Assembly (NCBI GenBank): GCA_963835575.1
Contig: CAWIGG010000002.1
Location: 1,728,001 to 1,792,000 of the forward strand
Length of the DNA: 64,000 bases
Reading direction: 5' to 3'
Source of the DNA: an uncultured Spirochaetota bacterium
GTDB lineage: Bacteria; Spirochaetota; Brevinematia; Brevinematales; JAOACQ01
This document shows positions 51,001 through 60,904 of the stretch, one piece after another. The notes beneath the pieces are model-generated. The model was given only the letters and a program-made list of their open reading frames with translations, did no database searches and was not told the origin of the DNA. The number at the start of each line of letters is the position of its first letter. Positions within the stretch are counted from its first letter, which is position 1. Made by a program: the position numbers and the translations under genes.

Positions 51001-51225
51001 ACCGTCTGCAACTTAATATTTTATTAACAATATTTTGACTTCCTGCGCTAAAAATGGCAATAAAAGAGAGTTGTTTTTTAATTTTGAATAAAATCATTTC
51101 AAAAACGATTTTATAAATTGTCTTTTTTTTAAGGAATAATTACTGTTTTTCTTTTATTATTGTTTTTTTTTCCTGGCAGTATTATAATTCACAGGGTATT
51201 ATGGTTATTGTATTTCAATCAAACA

Positions 51226-53619
51226 ATGAAATTTGATATTTTAATTTCTATTCTTGCAGCAATCTGGTTCAGCATGACAGCTCTTTATATAGTCTTTGCG
51301 CGCTCCCGTCTGCCGGCATGGAAAAGCAGTGTTGTACTGCTTCTCGCATGCGCCGAATTGACGCTGTCAAGGGCCATGCTGGGCATCAGCACGGATTATA
51401 CGGCCAGGCTCTTCTGGTATAAAATAAGCTGCGCCGGTTTAACGATCGCGCCGGCGGCCTTTTTGAGCCAGGCTTTTTTTTACAGCGGTATTTCCCGCAG
51501 GCTGCCTTTATTCATATTATTAGGCCTGTGCCTCTTCCCGGCCGCGACCATCGGGATTGTCTTTACCAATGAATTTCACGGCTGGGTCTGGAATCCGGCC
51601 AGTACGGCGCAAATCATTAACTCAATGAATTTGCCTCACCTTACGGATGTGGGATTCTGGTATTGGGTCCTGACTGCATATAACTTCCTGATGATAAGCG
51701 CCGGCTGCTTTATTTTAATCCGTTTAATGGCCCGTTCGCCGGGACTATACTTCCGGCAGGCCGGCAGTATGGTCGCTTCAGCCGTATTTGTCACATTCGG
51801 GATCAGCATGGATATTACCGGAATAAGCCCGCTGCCTCCTTTTACCGCCGCTATTACAGGACTGGCCGTCGGCGGTATAACTTCCGTCTTCGCATTAATT
51901 CCCCTCCGCCGGCAATACATACTTCCCGATGCCCAATACGCCGTTTTCAACAGCATCAGCGACGGCATAATTGTTCTCGACGGCGGCAACCGCATCGTGG
52001 AAATGAACCCGGCCGCCGAAAAACTGCTGGATCAATCGGCGCCGCACTATATATCCAAACCGGCGGAACATCTTCTGCCGGAAATAAAAAATTTCCTCAA
52101 TAGCAGTAAAGTTGAAGACCGGATGATGATTATCGAGCATGAAAGTACGCGGCGGACATTCAACCTGAGATTGACCGCGATCCAGGACTGGAAAAAATCC
52201 ATCGCCAATCAGGTTATAATCATGACCGATATCACCGACAGCAAGCGTGTGGAAGCGGAGCTGAAAGCAGAACGGGAAGCCGAAAAGAATTTTTCCGAAA
52301 AGCTGACCATCCTGGCCGCAGTAACCAACAAACTTTCCAAGACCCATACACTGGATGAATTCTGCCGGCGCGCGGTAGAAGCCGGCCGGGATGAACTGGG
52401 TTTTGACCGCCTGTCCATGTGGTTTGTCAGCGAAGACCGTTCCGACATGATCGGGACATACGGTACAGGCGCAGACGGCCGGACAACCGATGAAAGAAAT
52501 TCCCATTATACAATAGTCCAGACATCGCGATTATGGCCGATCATTCAGGGTAAGGCCGCTCTTCACCGCTTTGAAGAAGCGCCTTTATATCAGGACGGCC
52601 TGCAGATAGGATCCGGTATGCGCGTGGCGGCGGGACTCTGGGACGGCGAAACCGTCATCGGTTTTCTCAGCGTCGATAACCTGATCAACAAACGGCCTTT
52701 TACCGGCCATGACTGCGAGCTGCTGCGCCTTTACGCGCTGGCCTTGGGCCATCTCTGCACTCTCAAGCGCGCGCAGGAGAAGCTGACCAATCTGACCGAA
52801 GCGCTGGAACTGCGTGTGGAAGGGCGCACAGCCGAGCTGCAGCTTGCTAATGAGGACCTGGCGAGGGTCCTCCGCGCGAAAGATGAGTTTCTGGCCTGCA
52901 TTAGCCATGAATTGCGGACTCCCCTCACCAGCATACTCGGTTTGACAGAGATGCTGGCCGATCAAATTTACGGCCCTCTGAACGAAAGCCAGATACAGGC
53001 CCTCCTGACTGTGAACGACAGCAGTCAGCTTCTAATGACGCTTATCAATGATGTCCTCGACATAGCCAAAGCGGAGGCGGGAAAACTCGAGTTGAAAATA
53101 GAGCCGGTTTTCGTACCGGAGGTCTGCATGGCCGGCCAGCGGCTTATTTCCGTACAGGCCGGCATGAAAAAAATCAACCCTGCCCTGAAACTCGACCCGG
53201 CTGTCACAATTCTCTATGCGGATGAACGCCGCCTGAAACAGATACTGGTCAACCTCCTCAGTAACGCCGTCAAATTCACATCCGAAGGCGGCCAGATCGG
53301 CCTGGAAGTTACCGGCGACACTGATAAAAATGAAGTCTATTTTACAGTATGGGATACAGGCGTCGGCATCTCCGCCGATAATCAGACTCGCTTGTTCCAG
53401 CCGTTTGTTCAGGTGGATAACTCAATAGCGCCAACAGCCGGAAGTTCCGGACTGGGACTTTCGATTGTAAAGAGCATGACCGAACTGCATGGAGGCAGGG
53501 TTTCAGTGGAAAGCAAAGGCATTCCCGGACGCGGCAGCCGTTTTATCATTACCCTGCCCTGGAAAACCCGTCCGCAGGAGGAAATCGATCAAGGGCATTT
53601 CCATCCCTCACCAGTTTGA
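51226..53619 (+). CDS. Sensor histidine kinase (7TM N-domain, PAS, GAF, HisKA, HATPase)
   Basis: TM region, DGIIVLD..N..AE PAS, SHELRTPL, NLLSNAVKFT, DTGVG, GLGL. Start position uncertain. Confidence 0.92.
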   Translation: MKFDILISILAAIWFSMTALYIVFARSRLPAWKSSVVLLLACAELTLSRAMLGISTDYTARLFWYKISCAGLTIAPAAFLSQAFFYSGISRRLPLFILLGLCLFPAATIGIVFTNEFHGWVWNPASTAQIINSMNLPHLTDVGFWYWVLTAYNFLMISAGCFILIRLMARSPGLYFRQAGSMVASAVFVTFGISMDITGISPLPPFTAAITGLAVGGITSVFALIPLRRQYILPDAQYAVFNSISDGIIVLDGGNRIVEMNPAAEKLLDQSAPHYISKPAEHLLPEIKNFLNSSKVEDRMMIIEHESTRRTFNLRLTAIQDWKKSIANQVIIMTDITDSKRVEAELKAEREAEKNFSEKLTILAAVTNKLSKTHTLDEFCRRAVEAGRDELGFDRLSMWFVSEDRSDMIGTYGTGADGRTTDERNSHYTIVQTSRLWPIIQGKAALHRFEEAPLYQDGLQIGSGMRVAAGLWDGETVIGFLSVDNLINKRPFTGHDCELLRLYALALGHLCTLKRAQEKLTNLTEALELRVEGRTAELQLANEDLARVLRAKDEFLACISHELRTPLTSILGLTEMLADQIYGPLNESQIQALLTVNDSSQLLMTLINDVLDIAKAEAGKLELKIEPVFVPEVCMAGQRLISVQAGMKKINPALKLDPAVTILYADERRLKQILVNLLSNAVKFTSEGGQIGLEVTGDTDKNEVYFTVWDTGVGISADNQTRLFQPFVQVDNSIAPTAGSSGLGLSIVKSMTELHGGRVSVESKGIPGRGSRFIITLPWKTRPQEEIDQGHFHPSPV

Positions 53620-53666
53620 TTGCTCCTCAAGTTCAGCCTGACAAACTGGTGAGGGATGGAAATGCC
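53594..53666. repeat. Perfect 25-bp inverted repeat overlapping the kinase stop codon
   Basis: GGCATTTCCATCCCTCACCAGTTTG ... CAAACTGGTGAGGGATGGAAATGCC. Confidence 0.9.
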
Positions 53667-53762
53667 TAAAATCTTATACCTGAAGAATAAGATGTTCTAA
53701 ATTCCTTAATGTTTTGTTGGTTTTTAGAACTGCCCTCAATATAGAGTCGAGTGAGCAGACAA

Positions 53763-54158
53763 ATGATTAATATCTATCAATTCCTGAATATTTTCTTCCT
53801 TATTTTTCATACGGGCCTTGTCCTGTTTAATATCTTCGGCTGGATCCCCCGGAAAACCAGGCTTTATAATCTGATCACCCAGTCGCTGACCGCTTTTTCA
53901 TGGTTCATACTGGGCATATGGTACGGATGGGGGTACTGCTTCTGCACGGACTGGCACTGGCAGGTACGGGAAGCGCTGGGTTATAAAGATATCTCGAATT
54001 CATACATCCATTTTCTGCTTCTTCAATATACCGGAATAAATTTTCCGGAGAATCTCGTCATGGCCGCGACACTGGCCGTTTTTCTTTTAAGTTTCTCTAT
54101 GAGTATCATTTTAAATATCAGAAATTTTTTTAAAAGAAAAAATAAACAAAGCCAATAA
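53763..54158 (+). CDS. DUF2784-like membrane protein
   Basis: H..L.LFN.FGW, WYGWGYCFCTDWHW. Confidence 0.78.
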   Translation: MINIYQFLNIFFLIFHTGLVLFNIFGWIPRKTRLYNLITQSLTAFSWFILGIWYGWGYCFCTDWHWQVREALGYKDISNSYIHFLLLQYTGINFPENLVMAATLAVFLLSFSMSIILNIRNFFKRKNKQSQ

Positions 54159-54215
54159 CACTATTAATGTATTAACCTTTATTGAGCCGGTTTCATTTAT
54201 TAAATAAATTTTAAT

Positions 54216-54283
54216 CTTCGCGTTCATTCGCGTGCATTAGCGGACTATCCGGTCTTCCGCTAAGCCACGCGAAGACACGCTAA
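54216..54283. repeat. Back-to-back copy of the two arms seen at 41494-41600
   Basis: CATTCGCGTGCATTAGCGGA.TATCC joined to GGTCTTCCGCTAAGCCACGC.AAG.CACGC. Confidence 0.8.
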
Positions 54284-54436
54284 TATAAATTTTGAATTTC
54301 ACAATTCCGGCGGAAGCTTGCTCATGAATATTTGTTAGATCATTAACCAGTTTAATTTTTTCATGAATATTCATATAGATTTATAATTTTTACAAAAGAG
54401 TTGATTTTGCAGATATGAAATTCAATACTTCTATTA

Positions 54437-55396
54437 TCAATCGCCTTTCTCCACAAGAAAGGTCAATATCCCCGCCGGGAAACCGCCGTACTCTGCCTTA
54501 TAATAATTCATATGATTTTTAGAGTCGCGCTCTAACCTGAACTCAAGATTGCTGAGAAAATGCGGCAGATACCACATGTCAAATATAAGAAACTTATCAT
54601 GAAAATCCATTGTTTGAATTTTAATGTCCAGAATAAAATCAGGGGATAAATTCCATGTCAGAGCCGGATAAAACAAATAATCAAAACCGACCACGGCCTT
54701 ATTCATATCAATACCTCCGTACCGTGTCGATCTTTCATTGACAAACAGTCCCTGCCGATACCGGATGGAAAGGCTGTTCGTCCCTGGCTGTATATTAAGA
54801 TTAAAAGCCAGTGTTTTAAAACGGCTCTGAGCCGGATCGTTTGAATAATCGAAACGGGAAACAAATTTCTGGAGCCGGTAATCGCCGGGGTCCAGATTTT
54901 TTAAACTTTCAAGCCAGACATCGTTTTCAGGAAGAATATTACCTTGCAAGAAGATATTTTTCGCCGAATTGATAAACCAGTCGTACTCCTTTCCCTTCCA
55001 GGCAATTCGGTGTTCCGATAGTTTTATCAGAAATTCCTTTCCGGCCGCGTTATCCGTTTTATATTGCGCGGACAGGGCTGTTCCATTCAAATAAACATCC
55101 GCCTTTTCCACATTCACTCCCAGGAAAGCCGCCGGCATGTCGATTACCATTTTTGAACCGTTCAGAATAATATATTCAATATCGAAAGTCACTTTACCGT
55201 TTAAAGCGGATGCGCCGTTCATATCAAATTCAGGAAAAAGAGCCTTAATTTCTTCATGAATCAGATATATATTTGAAAGGCTGGGATTGACTTTGGCGAC
55301 GCCGCTGAAATATTGATCAATGTAATAGGGAGCCCGGACATTCGCGAATCCATAAAGAGAAAAAAAGACAAATAAAATACTAAAAATTCTACGCAT
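54437..55396 (-). CDS. Exported hypothetical protein
   Basis: Signal peptide ending GFA-N. Confidence 0.75.
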   Translation of the reverse strand: MRRIFSILFVFFSLYGFANVRAPYYIDQYFSGVAKVNPSLSNIYLIHEEIKALFPEFDMNGASALNGKVTFDIEYIILNGSKMVIDMPAAFLGVNVEKADVYLNGTALSAQYKTDNAAGKEFLIKLSEHRIAWKGKEYDWFINSAKNIFLQGNILPENDVWLESLKNLDPGDYRLQKFVSRFDYSNDPAQSRFKTLAFNLNIQPGTNSLSIRYRQGLFVNERSTRYGGIDMNKAVVGFDYLFYPALTWNLSPDFILDIKIQTMDFHDKFLIFDMWYLPHFLSNLEFRLERDSKNHMNYYKAEYGGFPAGILTFLVEKGD

Positions 55397-55445
55397 ATAC
55401 TTCTTTCCTTTATACTTTTTTATAAAGCGCGTAGCCTTGAGAAGT

Positions 55446-55694
55446 TTATCCTTTTACAGAGTGCCAGGCCGGAAGTCTGCTCATCATAGTCCTGGCCGCT
55501 TCCCTGGCCGCTTTTCTATCAAAGCCCTGGGTTTTAATAATAAATCCGGTCATACCTTCAAGTTTCTCATCGTAAGATTGCATACTTCCGTCCGGCCGGG
55601 CGCAATGGATGCAATAATCTTTCGAACCATCACCCATTGCAAAATCTTCCGTTTTAACCATCGGCATTCCGCATGCGATACAGATTTTCATCAT
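55446..55694 (-). CDS. Zinc-ribbon domain protein
   Basis: CIACGMPM..YCIHC..DG, LPAW. Confidence 0.85.
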   Translation of the reverse strand: MMKICIACGMPMVKTEDFAMGDGSKDYCIHCARPDGSMQSYDEKLEGMTGFIIKTQGFDRKAAREAARTMMSRLPAWHSVKG

Positions 55695-55715
55695 TCCCTC
55701 TCCTTTGATTTTTAT

Positions 55716-56075
55716 TTATTTGCTGGTAAAAGAATAATCCGTAATTCCCATTCTGTTGCCGAAAGGGTCTTCAAACTCAACAGCCATGCCGGTCCTTATC
55801 CGGAAAGGTTCCGATATAAATTTTACTCCTTTCTTCTTCATATTGAGATATTCCTGCACAACATTAAGAACGACAAACCAGATTGCCGGCTTGATATCTT
55901 GAAATTTGTTCCGGTCTTTCAATATAATCGCCGGTTCCTGTTCTCCCACCTTGAAAGCTATCATTCCCTGCGGCGAAAAATCGAACTTGACGGGCATTCC
56001 GAGGATATTTTTATAATATTCCTTTGCAACATTCAAATCATTAACCGGTAGGAAAAAGTTATCATAATTTTGCAT
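55716..56075 (-). CDS. VOC/glyoxalase family protein
   Basis: V.DL..A..YY..ILG, FEDPFGN. Confidence 0.88.
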   Translation of the reverse strand: MQNYDNFFLPVNDLNVAKEYYKNILGMPVKFDFSPQGMIAFKVGEQEPAIILKDRNKFQDIKPAIWFVVLNVVQEYLNMKKKGVKFISEPFRIRTGMAVEFEDPFGNRMGITDYSFTSK

Positions 56076-56103
56076 GAAATTCACCTCCTTTATTTTATTA
56101 TTT

Positions 56104-56811
56104 TTAATGATTTACAAAGTCCGCGAGCATCTTATCAACCCATTTTTTATCCATTACCTGTAAGCGATTCTTTTTTAAGTTTTCTTTGACTATCCATTTA
56201 ATATGTTTATTTTTATTTTCAGCTATTTCTTCAAAAGCAGCCTTTCCTTCTTCCGGCAGCGAAGTAATCGCCACACTCCAGCCATAACCCAGGGTTTTTC
56301 GTAAAGAATTCAGATCGCCGGAAATTTTTGCTTCATCTTTCCCGAACTCTAGTGTCAACCGGGTAAGAATTTTTAAAACTCTGACAATAACGGATTTCTC
56401 TTTTAATAATTTTGGTTCGCATAAGGCTGCAGCCACTGCGCGCTTTTCCAGATCATTTCCGTCCAACCATTTTTCAAGATTATCAATAATATTATCCATA
56501 TTTTTGTCCGCAATCTCCTGTATCCCGATCGCAACGGCTTCTCTTATTCTCCAGCTTTTATGAGAAGCATAACCCCTGATTTTTTTAATAGCAACTTCCA
56601 GGTTATTCCGTTTCAGGATACAATACCCGACTATTCCGCATACAGCCGCAAACTCTTCCGGAGAGTTTTCAAGATTGTCATTATAAAATGACAAGCATTC
56701 ATTTACTTCATTTTCGGCGGCGCTATGGGCAAATGAATACAGAAGCGTCAGATTCCCTCTTGGCCCGGGTAGTCCTGAGTTTTTTAAAAGATTTTCAATT
56801 GTTTTCGTCAT
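56104..56811 (-). CDS. HEAT-repeat protein
   Basis: SGLPGPRGNL, WRIREAVA, WIVKENLKKNRL. Confidence 0.75.
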   Translation of the reverse strand: MTKTIENLLKNSGLPGPRGNLTLLYSFAHSAAENEVNECLSFYNDNLENSPEEFAAVCGIVGYCILKRNNLEVAIKKIRGYASHKSWRIREAVAIGIQEIADKNMDNIIDNLEKWLDGNDLEKRAVAAALCEPKLLKEKSVIVRVLKILTRLTLEFGKDEAKISGDLNSLRKTLGYGWSVAITSLPEEGKAAFEEIAENKNKHIKWIVKENLKKNRLQVMDKKWVDKMLADFVNH

Positions 56812-56832
56812 CCGCCGGTACCTCACATTTAA

Positions 56833-57420
56833 TTATAGGCTTATCAGGCTAATATAATGATTGAGCAATTCTTCTCTATACTTTATCAGGACAGAACCTC
56901 CACCTGAAAACATCTCTCCATTTTCCAGATAGTAATGGATCAGACCAATCCAGGTATTAAAAAGCAAGTACAGGGGAATTCGGCGGATTTTTCCGGCCGC
57001 TATTTCCCGTTCAGCGGCCTGGCTTAAATGGAATGAAATGGCCGATTGGATCATTACTAGAGCATTCCGGGCTTCCGCCGGAAGTAAAGGTCCTTCAATT
57101 ACCAGTTTCGTATAAAAGGATTCATATTCAATCAAACCATTTAAATGTGCATCCAGAACTTCCCGGATTGTACTGCCCTTGGCGGCTAATTCATGAATAC
57201 GCCCGGTAATTCTTTGGCCGAACTCCTGGATGACCATGTTCAACAAAGCTTCCCTTGTCGGAAAATGGGCAAAAAGAGTCCCATGGGCAACCCCTGCTGC
57301 ATCTGCGATGTCATAAGTTTTGACAGTTGATATTCCATCCCGTGCGAATAGATCAAACGCTGTCTCAACAAGGCGTCTTTTGGTTTGTTCTTTTTGCTTC
57401 CGGCGTTTCGATTTAGCCAT
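56833..57420 (-). CDS. TetR/AcrR-family regulator
   Basis: A..LF..G......IA..AGVAHGTLFAHFPT.E.L. Confidence 0.93.
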   Translation of the reverse strand: MAKSKRRKQKEQTKRRLVETAFDLFARDGISTVKTYDIADAAGVAHGTLFAHFPTREALLNMVIQEFGQRITGRIHELAAKGSTIREVLDAHLNGLIEYESFYTKLVIEGPLLPAEARNALVMIQSAISFHLSQAAEREIAAGKIRRIPLYLLFNTWIGLIHYYLENGEMFSGGGSVLIKYREELLNHYISLISL

Positions 57421-57426
57421 TTTAAT

Positions 57427-57455
57427 TGACTCCATACTCATTGAGTTATTACTCA
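57427..57455. promoter_or_regulatory. Tandem TetR operators
   Basis: TGACT-N4-ACTCA and TGAGT-N4-ACTCA overlapping the RBS region. Confidence 0.6.
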
Positions 57456-57581
57456 TTATAATGAAAAACGCTTTTTCTGTCAACCATTTTTTATATTTTT
57501 TTTGTCCGTCTGTTTATCTCTGTCTTGACAAAAATAAGGCCGGTGTATAGAATATGCCTTAATATTATCAGGGGTTAAAAA

Positions 57582-57899
57582 TTGCTGATTTTAAAAATAG
57601 TCCGGCCCTTAATCATATCAGCCGGTTTTTTTATTCTTGTTTACTGCTTTTTGAGGCTTTTCTATTTTCCCGTCACATCAGCCATAGTCGCTTTTGTTCT
57701 TTTTATTCTTTCCTTTATTATTATTTTATTTTTCAATTCGAGAAAATCCGTCAAGGTCATGGTTGACAGACCGGTCCCCTGCCCCTACTGCGGTCATGAG
57801 ATCGAAGCCGCTTTTATTAACGGCAAGCTGGCCATGAGCCTGAAATGCCCAGGCTGCGGCAGGCAGATCAATGAAAACCGGATCAAGCCTGTTGTATAA
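57582..57899 (+). CDS. Small membrane protein with a C-terminal CxxC..CxxC zinc ribbon
   Basis: Two TM helices, CPYC and CPGC. Confidence 0.65.
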   Translation: MLILKIVRPLIISAGFFILVYCFLRLFYFPVTSAIVAFVLFILSFIIILFFNSRKSVKVMVDRPVPCPYCGHEIEAAFINGKLAMSLKCPGCGRQINENRIKPVV

Positions 57900-58076
57900 A
57901 ATCTATAATTTATACTTTTTTAAAGTTAATAAAATTCATCTTTTATTTTTAAAATTATGCCTTCGTATTTATTTGTTCAAAAAAAAACCTTTCTTTATAA
58001 TTAAGAAAACCAAATCTTATATTTAATATTTTTCTTAGATCATTCTTAATTTCCCAGAGACTGTGAGGTATTTTTT

Positions 58077-60503
58077 ATGTATATACCCGGCTGTTCATGG
58101 CAGATACCTGTGCATTATAAAAGGAAAAAGATCCCAAAGCCTATCCGTCTGCCCCTGAATCTTTTATTGAGTATTTCCGGATTGATCGTCAAATTCATCC
58201 GTTTTTCCATGCGTCAGCGTAAAAATCATGAAGGCGGAAGCTTTATCTTTTCCGCCGGCGGCGATAGTGCTGAACAGGGCGTTTCCATCGGCGGGCTCGG
58301 CGCCGGAACGATCGGCAGGACATACCGCGGGAATTTCGGCAGGTGGCAGCTTTATCCCGGAAAAAGGAATAACAAAACCGTTTTTGCCGATCAGTTTCAT
58401 ATCAGGATAAAAGCGCCCGGCCGAAAATATTGCGCCGTACTCAGTCCCGACAAACCGGAAAAAGGTCTGGAAAGCTGGAACTGGGGAATGAAAGATATCA
58501 AGGCCGTTTATTACGCGCTCTATCCCAGGGCCTGGACGGTTTATAAAATTCCGGGATTTGAATTAGATATTAACTGCGCCCAGATAACACCCTTTATCCC
58601 GGATAATTATAAAGAAAGTTCTTACCCATGCGGAGTCTTTCTCTGGGAATTGACCAGTCATGAAAAAGAAGATATAGAATTAAGCCTGATGCTGACCTGG
58701 GAAAACAACGACGGCGCCGGCGTGGAAAAATCGGGCGGGCATGAAAACCTGGCCTCTTCCATTTCGAAAAAAGGCCGCAAAGTCCGCGGTGTGACTCTGA
58801 AACAAAATACCGCCGGTACTGCTAAGGGACCTGCTGCATTCTTTATAGGCGCTGAGGAAAACAGGAGTGTTTCCATCAGCCTCCTGGACCGCTTTGATAC
58901 CGGCTCTGATGGAAATTCCGTCCTTAAAGATTTTAATAAAAACGGAAGGCTGACGGATTCTCATAAAGCCCGTCCTTCACTTAAAGGAGAAACCATCGGC
59001 GCCGCTGTCTGCGCTTCATTCAGAATACCGGCCGGAAAAACCGTCTCCGTGCCGTTCGTCATAGCCTGGGACATTCCGCTTACCGCGTTCGGGAGCGGCC
59101 GGCAATGGTACAGGCGGTACACAAAATTCTTCGGTAAAGACGGGAAGAATATTCTTAAAATCGCCCTCGAGGCCTTTGAAAAATACAGGGAATGGGAAAA
59201 GGCCATAGACGGATTCCAGAAACCAGTCATTGAAAATAAAATTATCCCGGCCTGGCTTAAAACAGCGCTTTTGAACGAGCTGTACTATCTCGCTGACGGC
59301 GGCACATTCTGGGACAACGGCGAAGTAAATCCGGATAAAACTTCCCTCGTGAAATATGAACTGGGCGATATCCGTCATTTCGGCTATCTGGAATGTTTCG
59401 ATTATGATATGGTCAATACGTTCGATGTTCATTTTTATTCCAGTTTCGCCCTGGCGCAGACTTTTCCAATGCTTCAGAAATCGCTCATCCGTGATTTCGC
59501 GAAAAGCGTCCTGGCGGAAGACGCGGAAATGCGTCCGACAGTGCTCGATAAAAAACCGGTCATGCGGAAGCCTGCCGGAGTTTGCCCGCATGATCTCGGG
59601 TCGCCGAGGTTCGACCCCTATTTCAAGATCAATCATTATGATTTTCATGACTCCAGCTACTGGAAGGATCTGAACACTAAATTTGTCATTCAGGTCTATT
59701 ATGAAATACTGCGTGAACCAAAAGATGCCGCCTTCCTGAAAACTTGCTGGCCTGCCGTAGAAGCTTCCCTCAGGCACATGGAGCAGTTTGACTTCGACAG
59801 CGACGGCATTCCTGAAAACACGGGCTATCCCGACCAGACATACGACAGCTGGACAATGAAAGGACTTTCTTCCTACTGCGGCGGGCTCTGGGTCACAGCC
59901 AACGCAGCGGCCGCCCGTATGGCCGGAATGATAAAAGATAAAACAAAAGCCCGCTTCTACAGCGAAAGAACTGAAAAAGCGAAAGAAGCATTTGAAAAAA
60001 AGCTTTTTAACGGCAAATATTATCTGTTCGATTCCGTTCCGTCAAACAGAAATATTATCTTTGCCGACCAGCTCTGCGGCGAATTCTGGGCAAGGGTCCT
60101 GGGGCTCTCCGAAGCCAGGCTCAACCCCGGCCATGTCAAGAGCTCCCTAAAAACCATCTACGAATATAACGTGAAGAAATTCGGAAAAGGAAAGCTCGGT
60201 GCCGTGAACGGTATGCTGATAAGCGGTAAAATCGATAACCGGAATATGCAGTCCAGGGAAGCCTGGACGGGGACTTCTTACGCCCTTGCCGCTCTGATGA
60301 TGACAGAGGGCATGTATGGGGAAGCATATCAGACAGCACAGGGCGTTTATGACACGACCTATAACTACGGCTACGCTTTCCGAACGCCCGAAGCCTGGGA
60401 CAGGCACAGGAATTACCGGGCCACGCAGTATATGCGCCCGCTTGCGGTATGGGCCATATGGGATGTTCTTTTTAATAAACGGTTGAAAAATAAAATAAGG
60501 TAA
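58077..60503 (+). CDS. GH116 beta-glucosidase (non-lysosomal glucosylceramidase family)
   Basis: GG.GAGTIGR, YALYPRAW, YLECFDY, PHDLG.P, WKDLN, PDQTYD.W, YMRPLA.W. Confidence 0.93.
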   Translation: MYIPGCSWQIPVHYKRKKIPKPIRLPLNLLLSISGLIVKFIRFSMRQRKNHEGGSFIFSAGGDSAEQGVSIGGLGAGTIGRTYRGNFGRWQLYPGKRNNKTVFADQFHIRIKAPGRKYCAVLSPDKPEKGLESWNWGMKDIKAVYYALYPRAWTVYKIPGFELDINCAQITPFIPDNYKESSYPCGVFLWELTSHEKEDIELSLMLTWENNDGAGVEKSGGHENLASSISKKGRKVRGVTLKQNTAGTAKGPAAFFIGAEENRSVSISLLDRFDTGSDGNSVLKDFNKNGRLTDSHKARPSLKGETIGAAVCASFRIPAGKTVSVPFVIAWDIPLTAFGSGRQWYRRYTKFFGKDGKNILKIALEAFEKYREWEKAIDGFQKPVIENKIIPAWLKTALLNELYYLADGGTFWDNGEVNPDKTSLVKYELGDIRHFGYLECFDYDMVNTFDVHFYSSFALAQTFPMLQKSLIRDFAKSVLAEDAEMRPTVLDKKPVMRKPAGVCPHDLGSPRFDPYFKINHYDFHDSSYWKDLNTKFVIQVYYEILREPKDAAFLKTCWPAVEASLRHMEQFDFDSDGIPENTGYPDQTYDSWTMKGLSSYCGGLWVTANAAAARMAGMIKDKTKARFYSERTEKAKEAFEKKLFNGKYYLFDSVPSNRNIIFADQLCGEFWARVLGLSEARLNPGHVKSSLKTIYEYNVKKFGKGKLGAVNGMLISGKIDNRNMQSREAWTGTSYALAALMMTEGMYGEAYQTAQGVYDTTYNYGYAFRTPEAWDRHRNYRATQYMRPLAVWAIWDVLFNKRLKNKIR

Positions 60504-60524
60504 TTAACCCGGGATTGGAATTTC

Positions 60525-60768
60525 ACCATAGAAGCACGGAGAACACGAAGTGGTATCTTTTTATTTATTGCCTTAGGTGAGTGAATATAAAACTAAAATT
60601 ATGCGGCCTGGTTATTCTGATCCGATTCTGCACATGGATGACGCGGATTTGACGGATTAACGCGGATATTTCAAGAAAGGTTAAACGGGAAAAGAAACGG
60701 AGAACGGAATAAAAACCATTATAAAAAGAATCCATGAAAATCTGAGTCATCCGTGTTATCCGCATGAT
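60525..60768. repeat. Intergenic periodic inverted repeat
   Basis: GGATGACGCGGATTTGACGGATTAACGCGGAT versus ATCCATGAAAATCTGAGTCATCCGTGTTATCCGC (9-nt period). Confidence 0.7.
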
Positions 60769-60904
60769 GAATCGGGTATTATAAAAAGGGATGTTTAATG
60801 ATATGTTATAATCTGAATATTAATAATTACTTTTTATTATTTAGAACCAAAAGTTTTCAATGAGGAATATTTTACATAACCAGTGATAATTTCAGGAGGA
60901 TATT

